A stretch of 64,000 nucleotides of DNA from an uncultured virus (IMG/VR IMGVR_UViG_3300029309_000011). Lineage: Duplodnaviria; Heunggongvirae; Uroviricota; Caudoviricetes. A program made the position numbers and the translations under genes. Positions within the stretch are counted from its first letter, which is position 1. Every line of letters starts with the position of its first letter. The DNA lies in IMG/VR virus record IMGVR_UViG_3300029309_000011, positions 1 through 64,000 of that record; one strand, written 5' to 3'. This document shows positions 57,664-64,000 of this stretch, one piece after another. Under the pieces are notes generated by a model, which saw only the letters and a list, made by a program, of their open reading frames with translations, was not told where the DNA came from and made no database searches.

Positions 57664-57671
57664 TTTTGCCT

Positions 57672-57932
57672 TTAACCATCAGAATTCTCCAATCTAGATA
57701 CAGGTATTGATGATACAAAACGATTAGGAAGGTAATCTCCTCTAACAGTTGGGGCTCTCATATAATCCCTTTCTGCAGTAAAGATATCTAATCGTCTATC
57801 ACCTGCCATTCTAATACGACCTCTACTTTGTTCAAAAGGATTTTTAGCAAGCTTTTCACCTTGCCCATAGATATCTCTATTTCTCCTTATGCCTAAAGTA
57901 TATCCGAGTTGTGTTCTAGGTAAAACAGACAT
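57672..57932 (-). CDS. small basic hypothetical protein
   Basis: ORF track. Confidence 0.55.
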   Translation of the reverse strand: MSVLPRTQLGYTLGIRRNRDIYGQGEKLAKNPFEQSRGRIRMAGDRRLDIFTAERDYMRAPTVRGDYLPNRFVSSIPVSRLENSDG

Positions 57933-57938
57933 TTACAC

Positions 57939-58418
57939 TTACCTATGATTTGTTTCTAAAAACAATCGTGTCCCTACAGCTACATCAGCTGGCCCTGGAA
58001 GAGCTTGTATAAATTCTGCACCTTCTCGGTTAAATCTGTATCTAGCTTGCTCTGGATTTCGATAATTTGGGACGTAGAGATGCATTGCAAGTCTATCTGT
58101 TTCATAAATGTATATTTCAGTCCAAGTTTTTAAAGTTTGTCTAAAATCAGATGTTGAAACAGTACGGTCAACGTCACCAAGAATACTTTCTACTCTATTT
58201 TTTGGAATATTATCATTATTAATACTACCCGTCATATCAGTTCTTTTCTCAGCTTCATCACATCTACTCACCTGTTCAATAATTTTACTGACCCAAAAAG
58301 AATCTTGTACATTATTTATAGCCTCTTCTAACCTAGCTTGATCACCAGCTGGTATAGAAGTAATGTTGTAACCTAGATGCCAACGTACTTTTGACTGTAT
58401 AAAGGTATCGAGCTTCAT
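57939..58418 (-). CDS. head-completion/adaptor-like protein
   Basis: Position after the capsid genes; KVRWHLGY helical pattern. Confidence 0.5.
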   Translation of the reverse strand: MKLDTFIQSKVRWHLGYNITSIPAGDQARLEEAINNVQDSFWVSKIIEQVSRCDEAEKRTDMTGSINNDNIPKNRVESILGDVDRTVSTSDFRQTLKTWTEIYIYETDRLAMHLYVPNYRNPEQARYRFNREGAEFIQALPGPADVAVGTRLFLETNHR

Positions 58419-58443
58419 TCAAACAAGTAAAATACACCTGTTA

Positions 58444-58884
58444 CTAGTCTACTCTCACTAAGTTCTCTTTAAAAATTGCATCCCAATCAATTCTTTTAAT
58501 ACCCTTTAATTGTTCAAGTTTTGTATATCTTTCTCCTGTCATTGTTGTTTGAAGATCTTTTATATCTCTAGCTGTTTTTAAACCAACACCGGGCAAACTA
58601 TCAGCTATTTGTCTTGCACTTGCAGTATTAATATTTAAACGTGTATCAAGAGGAAAAGTTTCTTTATTAGTTGGTTTTGCAGTTTTATCGCCAGTGGATT
58701 GCAGTTCTGCAGTTAATCTCTCCTCTGTTTTTATTTTTTCAGTAGTTGCTTCTAAATGGGGAATTAAATCGTCCTCGTGAACATAATCCACCTCATCATT
58801 CGCATTAACGACCATGAAGATGCCTTCTCCGTGTTGAGATATTTTCTCAACTAAGCCTCCAGTTACCTTGTGTTGATATAACAT
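58444..58884 (-). CDS. helix-hairpin-helix (ComEA-like) DNA-binding protein
   Basis: LNINTASARQIADSLPGVGLKTARDI. Confidence 0.8.
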   Translation of the reverse strand: MLYQHKVTGGLVEKISQHGEGIFMVVNANDEVDYVHEDDLIPHLEATTEKIKTEERLTAELQSTGDKTAKPTNKETFPLDTRLNINTASARQIADSLPGVGLKTARDIKDLQTTMTGERYTKLEQLKGIKRIDWDAIFKENLVRVD

Positions 58885-58940
58885 AATAAAAATTACTTTC
58901 TTCTAATTTAGCTTACCTTAATAATTTTTTATTGACAATA

Positions 58941-58969
58941 AAAAAAGCGAGTCGAGAGACTCGCCTTTT
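58941..58969 (-). terminator. intrinsic terminator (possibly bidirectional) after the capsid operon
   Basis: GCGAGTC-GAGA-GACTCGC flanked by A6 and T4. Confidence 0.85.
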
Positions 58970-58991
58970 AGTAAATTTATAAAGATATAAA

Positions 58992-59807
58992 TTATGAATC
59001 TGTTCCGCCAACCTGTGAAGCAAAGTCCACAAGAGAAGAAACATCACTCCAAGATACAGCAGCAGCCGGACGTAAGTAGTTAACTCTACAAACGATATAA
59101 CCTGCTCTACCTGCATCTGAGTCATCTTGAGAGATGAACACTCCATCACCAGTGATTGTAGTGTTAGCAATAGCGTTTAAATTATACACTTTGAAAGTAG
59201 TATCCGCTGTTACTTTGTACATCATGGAATTAGCTGCATCACCTGCTGCTATTGTGCTTGTCACAGATGTCCAAGCTGGGAAATCTCCAGTTGTTGTATC
59301 TGCTGAGCCTTGAGCAAATAATGAGCTTGCTGCAGTTATAGAACTAGATGCAGCTGCTAAACCATTTAACTGTGTTGAAGGAACACCGAGTGGAGCACCA
59401 CTATTGTCAGGTCCTAAAAGTAGGATCTCACCAGTTGTACCACCAAGATCTGCTGTGATAGGAGATGCTGGGAAGCTAGGAAGACCACCTGCAGGTACGT
59501 CTTGTGCGATAGCTATAGAAGCTCCATAAACATATGCAGGTCTTGCGGCATCTGCTTTGACCACTAAACTTGTGCGGTCATCTCTTACTCTGTCACTAAC
59601 TCTTCTGTCTGGAGAAGGGACAGTGATATTGAAACTCTTATTGTTAGCTTTATCAGCTGTTAAGTTAGTTACTTTTACATAACCAACCTGTTCAAAGAGT
59701 TCAATTCCAGGCCAACCCTGTACACCCTCATGGTTAAATGCGGATAACTTGTTGATCTGATTTCCTGGTTGTAGGATTGCTCCTGCGTTACTCTTGTAAG
59801 TTGCCAT
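58992..59807 (-). CDS. capsid-associated structural protein
   Basis: Directly follows the MCP; AGGAGG RBS. Confidence 0.65.
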   Translation of the reverse strand: MATYKSNAGAILQPGNQINKLSAFNHEGVQGWPGIELFEQVGYVKVTNLTADKANNKSFNITVPSPDRRVSDRVRDDRTSLVVKADAARPAYVYGASIAIAQDVPAGGLPSFPASPITADLGGTTGEILLLGPDNSGAPLGVPSTQLNGLAAASSSITAASSLFAQGSADTTTGDFPAWTSVTSTIAAGDAANSMMYKVTADTTFKVYNLNAIANTTITGDGVFISQDDSDAGRAGYIVCRVNYLRPAAAVSWSDVSSLVDFASQVGGTDS

Positions 59808-59823
59808 TAGTTAATACCTCCTA

Positions 59824-60888
59824 TTACTCTGTAATTGTGAAGGCAGTGGTAATGAAGTCCTTATTCAAGTTCGCAAACCCGGCATATAGTTGCCAAATCA
59901 GTATGATAAAGCGACTAAAATCGTCGTTGTTGTTAATTAGAACTTGAGCGTTAGGACCACCGATACCAACACCGATAGCTTGAGGACCAAAGAATAGTCC
60001 TGCTGGAGTTGTTTTAGATACAGCTCCATTTCCATCTCCAATATCGACCGTAATTGTTTTAGATGGGAAGTTTGTAGATTCAAAGAATCTTACTCCTTCA
60101 AATACGAATCCAGAAGGCATAACTGGCTCACCAGCTACGAACTGAGCCTGTCCATACTGACCACCGCCATAAATAGCTTGGTTAGGACCCATTGCACCCA
60201 TTAAAGGTGAACCTTGACCCATTCCTGGATATCTAGCTACCTCACGGAAGCCTTGATCTGCTCTGAGATCCTTCATTAGTGAAGGGTCAGCTATGCAACG
60301 ATAATATCCGTCTGCAAATACAGGTACGTGACGCTTTCTTAAACTCTTAACTACCTCAAGAAGGTCAGTTTTTACATTAAACTTGAAACGCTCAGAAGCA
60401 TATTCTGTAGCAGAGTATGCGTTTAATGTTGTTGAGTTAGATTTTGTCTTACCATTTGGATAGTAGTAACCACCCTGTGTATCAGATGCAGCACCACGAG
60501 ATTCAGATTTGAATAGTTCATCAATGAATACTCTGTCTCTCCATCTACGGTAATCGTCTAACAGTGTCAACGAACCGATTGATTGATGGAACATGTTTAA
60601 GTTTCCAGTATCAAGCAGTAAACGCTGAGCTGTCATTAGGGTTTCTCTAGCAATTTTAAATGTGCTAGGAAGATTTGAATTGTTAGGGTCAGCAGGACCT
60701 GTATATTCCCTAAGAGATACAAGTACTTTGTCCTTTACGATAGATCTGCTATTTGCTGTTCCGATAGTCTGATCCTGAGTCCTCTCTCTAGAGNNNNNNN
60801 NNNCGGAAGCCATTTCTACGATATACGCAGGATGTGGTCTATATAACTCGGCACCCAGCAGCTTCGGAAAATCGTTATCTATAAACAT
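59824..60888 (-). CDS. major capsid protein (10-N gap at 60794-60803)
   Basis: Position after portal and scaffold; HK97-like pattern (FEGVRFFESTN, DDFSRFIILIW). Confidence 0.85.
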   Translation of the reverse strand: MFIDNDFPKLLGAELYRPHPAYIVEMASXXXXSRERTQDQTIGTANSRSIVKDKVLVSLREYTGPADPNNSNLPSTFKIARETLMTAQRLLLDTGNLNMFHQSIGSLTLLDDYRRWRDRVFIDELFKSESRGAASDTQGGYYYPNGKTKSNSTTLNAYSATEYASERFKFNVKTDLLEVVKSLRKRHVPVFADGYYRCIADPSLMKDLRADQGFREVARYPGMGQGSPLMGAMGPNQAIYGGGQYGQAQFVAGEPVMPSGFVFEGVRFFESTNFPSKTITVDIGDGNGAVSKTTPAGLFFGPQAIGVGIGGPNAQVLINNNDDFSRFIILIWQLYAGFANLNKDFITTAFTITE

Positions 60889-60996
60889 TTTTGAATTTCA
60901 GCTAGGTTTGCTGATTGCGAACACTGAATGTGCTCTGAATACTGGAAAATAAATTCCATTAGTTACAATTATAAATTGACTTAATATTCTACTTAT

Positions 60997-61221
60997 TTAA
61001 GTCTCTGGATTTATTACTGATTGAGTTGTCGTCCCATCTAACATATTTCCTAACGAATAAGTAGAAGGAGGAACAGTTCCTATCCTACCCATAGGATTTA
61101 CACCTCCACCTTCAGGTTGTAAATCAGGCTGACCCATTTTAGCCATTTGCTCTTCAAGAGCCATCATTCTCATAGCATCTTCTGCCATTTTTTTTGCTTT
61201 TTTGGCTTTTTTTTGTTCCAT
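60997..61221 (-). CDS. small hypothetical protein
   Basis: ORF track. Confidence 0.55.
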   Translation of the reverse strand: MEQKKAKKAKKMAEDAMRMMALEEQMAKMGQPDLQPEGGGVNPMGRIGTVPPSTYSLGNMLDGTTTQSVINPET

Positions 61222-61223
61222 TT

Positions 61224-61649
61224 TTACTTCTTACCTTTTCTTGATTCTAATGGAGGCTGACCTACAGGTAATTTGCTTAGTCCTGCAGCTGGTAGATATT
61301 GCGTTAGGAACATTTGGCCTTGTGACATAATTAGATCTTGTGTCTGCTGAGCTCGAATAACATTATTTCTAGCAAGTAAACCATTTGCAGGTAAAGGAGA
61401 TCCAGGAAGATTTAATTTTAAATATGATGCGTCTAAATCAGGTGGCATTGGAATTGATTCTCCTATGTTTATCTCTGCCTGTCGCATTCTTACATTTTGA
61501 TATTCATCTACATTTCCAGACATTACTTGTTTTTGAACATCGGTACCACCAAATCCTACTAACTGCGGTGAACCAATAGCTCCTCCAGCAGTTCCTAAAC
61601 CTGTCAAAAATTGATCAGCTTTTTCAGTTGTACTTTTTTTCTTTTTCAT
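61224..61649 (-). CDS. hypothetical head-region protein
   Basis: Likely start MKKKKSTTEK, located after the terminator hairpin. Confidence 0.55.
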   Translation of the reverse strand: MKKKKSTTEKADQFLTGLGTAGGAIGSPQLVGFGGTDVQKQVMSGNVDEYQNVRMRQAEINIGESIPMPPDLDASYLKLNLPGSPLPANGLLARNNVIRAQQTQDLIMSQGQMFLTQYLPAAGLSKLPVGQPPLESRKGKK

Positions 61650-61652
61650 ATC

Positions 61653-61686
61653 AAAAAATAAAATGGGGTGGAAACCCACCCCTTTT
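61653..61686 (-). terminator. intrinsic terminator after the scaffold gene
   Basis: GGGGTGG/CCACCCC stem followed by a T-rich tract on the minus strand. Confidence 0.75.
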
Positions 61687-61690
61687 AGCT

Positions 61691-62692
61691 TTACTCCATT
61701 ACGAGAAGTTTCTGACGGAATACTTCAGGATTCTGTTGAGCAGCATTTAGATATCTCCATGCGTTCTGAGGATCTCTATCAGCAGCCCCTCCGAAGTCCT
61801 TCCAAAAGTCACCTGCATCAGCTGGAGCCTGTGGAGCTGGAGGTACAGGCATATCTGGTCTTACAGGAGCCTGAGCTTGAGCCTGTGGATTTTGGAACTG
61901 ACGACCTGCAAAGGTAGGAGCCTGCTGAGGTGCAGCCTGATCTTCTTCTACTGGATATGGTCCGTTTGCTCCAAAGAACTCACATGTATAATCAGCTAGT
62001 ACATCTGGGTCTGTCAAGATCTGTTCATAAGCTTTATGCTCTTGAGACATTTCTTGTAGAAGACTTACAGCTTCAGTTAATTGCTGATTTGTAAGTATTA
62101 ATGAATCTTCAATCTGACAAGCATAGTTATTTAAAACTGCTGGAGCATCAGCACCAAAATGATTGATGACTTCAAGGCTGGCTTCACTTACTCCGTTTGC
62201 CCTTAGCTGCTGGTCTGTTATCTCCGAAGAAGCTTGGGAAGAGTTGTTGGAGTACGCCTGGCTGTTGTTGTTCGAAGGCGTATAGGTCTGCTGAGCCGGA
62301 TTGCTGTACTGGGTTGTTTGTGGGTATCCGTAATTGGCCTGGTCTGCTGCTGGTGTCGTTTGAGATTGTTGACCCTGGAACGGGAATTGGACTGGAGAAC
62401 TCAGGAGCCCCACTACCCTGTTGAATGCGTCCTTGTATGGGTTCTCCGCTTGTGGAGTTGCCTGCTGTGGCTGGGAGTTGTACGCTGTAGGGGCTGATGG
62501 GTAACCCTGAACCCCCATCTGGGCTTGCACTTGTGGTGCTGGTGCCATCTGTGTTGTCTGTGGTGCCACCCATTGTGGGGAAGTCGCCACGGAAGGTGCT
62601 TGGGCTGCTGTTTGAGGAGCCACGTAGCTGGTCTGTGGGGTCTGGGATACTTGGGGTGCCGATTGGGTCTGAGCTGCGGTAGCGTCCTGCAT
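61691..62692 (-). CDS. putative capsid scaffolding protein
   Basis: Gln/Pro/Ala-rich with helical core; AGAGGT RBS; lies between portal and MCP. Confidence 0.7.
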   Translation of the reverse strand: MQDATAAQTQSAPQVSQTPQTSYVAPQTAAQAPSVATSPQWVAPQTTQMAPAPQVQAQMGVQGYPSAPTAYNSQPQQATPQAENPYKDAFNRVVGLLSSPVQFPFQGQQSQTTPAADQANYGYPQTTQYSNPAQQTYTPSNNNSQAYSNNSSQASSEITDQQLRANGVSEASLEVINHFGADAPAVLNNYACQIEDSLILTNQQLTEAVSLLQEMSQEHKAYEQILTDPDVLADYTCEFFGANGPYPVEEDQAAPQQAPTFAGRQFQNPQAQAQAPVRPDMPVPPAPQAPADAGDFWKDFGGAADRDPQNAWRYLNAAQQNPEVFRQKLLVME

Positions 62693-63980
62693 AAGTTACC
62701 TCTTTTTGTAAGCTTTCTAGTGTTCGGTATAAAAATGGAGTGAGATCAAGACGAGGATCTGCTGCCATTGGTAGATTAGGCTGCTGAGGGTGTGGAGTCC
62801 TCATCTCTTGATTTATTAAATCAATAAATGAAGAATATGCCCTCTGTACTTCTCCAACCATTCTGAATGGAAAGCCGGAAAGCATTCCCGCAATTTCGTC
62901 ATCAGTTTTGGAAGGAAATAAATACTTCAGTGCTTCTATACTATCAACCCCCAATTCTTGAAGGTTTCTAGTAAAGATAGATTGGTTTAATTTATCCTGT
63001 GCCGTATCTTCGTACACAGGACCCATCCATCTCCAAAGTACCGTTCTATCACCGTCTGGTGCAAGTCCTACAACTCCTTGCGGAATCTCTTGTGTTTCTA
63101 TTGCGGTATTAATAGAATCTTGTAATTTTTGTTCGTATTTTGCTTTTTGTTTTCTAAATTTGTCTACTTGTTTTTGATCTTCTATGTCTTCTGGTGGAAC
63201 TGGTAATTTTAAACCTGAAGCAAAAGCAAGTGATTTTCTGAAAATTTGTTCTTCATGAAAAATCATTAATTCGAAACATCTACAAATTCCATAAGTATAA
63301 ATTTGTAAGCATTTCTTTTTAGCTGTTGCACTAACTCGACCATATGCAGATTTAATTTCAGTAGCTGTTACATTAGTAATACTTAAATCATCAATACCAC
63401 CGAGAGCTAATCTAATTTCACTTCTTAATTGTTCTGTATATCTTGCTTGATCTGATCCAACTGGATTAGGAGTTATAAATCCTACACGATCTGATGGTTC
63501 CAAATTAGCAATTACTCTTGGAACTCTCATACCACTGCCAGGTTTTCCTGTATACCCAGCTGGAGATCTTGTTACAGGATCTGATTTGTATGTTGAGCTA
63601 AATAGATTTACATCAGAAGCAAATCCAGACTGACTGGATATACTTGGCCTCTGAACTGTATCAGCATCGCTTTCTACAATGTCTTGTTTGGGTCTAGATG
63701 AAAGAAGAGTTGGATTACCAAAGAATGATAAATTAGCTCTAATATTTTTAACCATTTCATCATGAGCAACAATCTGATTTGATAAGAAATCAAATTCACC
63801 TGCCCCATCTGTTCCAAACGCATCTGGATTATTAAATACTTCTACACATGGAATAAACTCCATTGTATTTTCGACAACCTTTTTATCAAAAGTGGCAAAA
63901 TTTATATTTTCTTGTTCAAATGTTATTTCTTGTTCGCTATGAAATTCTTCTACTTCTTTTGCAGTTATTCTTAATCTCAT
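62184..63980 (-). CDS. putative portal protein (5' end probably outside the window)
   Basis: Position upstream of scaffold and MCP; portal-like pattern (IPCVEVFN...FFGNPTL...SATAKKK). Confidence 0.7.
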   Translation of the reverse strand: MRLRITAKEVEEFHSEQEITFEQENINFATFDKKVVENTMEFIPCVEVFNNPDAFGTDGAGEFDFLSNQIVAHDEMVKNIRANLSFFGNPTLLSSRPKQDIVESDADTVQRPSISSQSGFASDVNLFSSTYKSDPVTRSPAGYTGKPGSGMRVPRVIANLEPSDRVGFITPNPVGSDQARYTEQLRSEIRLALGGIDDLSITNVTATEIKSAYGRVSATAKKKCLQIYTYGICRCFELMIFHEEQIFRKSLAFASGLKLPVPPEDIEDQKQVDKFRKQKAKYEQKLQDSINTAIETQEIPQGVVGLAPDGDRTVLWRWMGPVYEDTAQDKLNQSIFTRNLQELGVDSIEALKYLFPSKTDDEIAGMLSGFPFRMVGEVQRAYSSFIDLINQEMRTPHPQQPNLPMAADPRLDLTPFLYRTLESLQKEVTYAGRYRSSDPIGTPSIPDPTDQLRGSSNSSPSTFRGDFPTMGGTTDNTDGTSTTSASPDGGSGLPISPYSVQLPATAGNSTSGEPIQGRIQQGSGAPEFSSPIPVPGSTISNDTSSRPGQLRIPTNNPVQQSGSADLYAFEQQQPGVLQQLFPSFFGDNRPAAKGKRSK

Positions 63981-64000
63981 ATATCTTTTGTCTGTATTTA

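Noticed and set aside
58444..58884. PsbU call for the HhH protein
   Set aside because: No signal peptide, sits in the head module, and matches the ComEA-type NINTA...LPGVG motif better.
62197..62743. + strand ORFs in the portal/scaffold overlap
   Set aside because: Explained by local GC richness and dual-coding constraint on the minus strand; no RBS or recognisable product.
1..64000. tRNA genes, integrase or stop-codon recoding
   Set aside because: No cloverleaf or recombinase motif was noticed by eye, and conserved genes are intact under the standard code; a tRNAscan-SE run would be needed to exclude tRNAs fully.

Overview
AT-rich fragment of a lytic tailed dsDNA cyanophage genome. The host is most likely Prochlorococcus, judged from the Prochlorococcus-type D1 sequence, the hli cluster and small Prochlorococcus-like ORFs. 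It is a scaffold with two 10-N gaps, one in psbA and one in the major capsid gene. Layout: early/accessory genes including a Ser/Thr kinase-like protein (1-10.3 kb); psbA, a DUF4278 gene and three sRNA/riboswitch-like elements (10.3-12.2 kb); a replication module with T7-like PolA, SSB, Gp157, a PD-(D/E)XK exonuclease and a Prim-Pol/D5 primase-helicase (12.2-24.1 kb); four hli genes, small membrane peptides and a PsbN-like gene (24.2-25.5 kb); a displaced tail-fibre module and an origin-like repeat region (25.7-28.9 kb); several degenerate enzymes and membrane/secreted proteins (28.9-40.9 kb); and a minus-strand structural region of tail fibres, capsid, scaffold and partial portal (40.9-64 kb). 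The most notable signals are a terminator/antiterminator RNA and neighbouring sRNAs, host NtcA- and RpaB-type boxes on phage genes, two NblA-like genes, a short F-L-x-x-Y/F motif shared by many unrelated proteins, and a 509-nt dual-coding overlap between portal and scaffold. All protein family calls come from motifs recognised by eye; no database searches were run.
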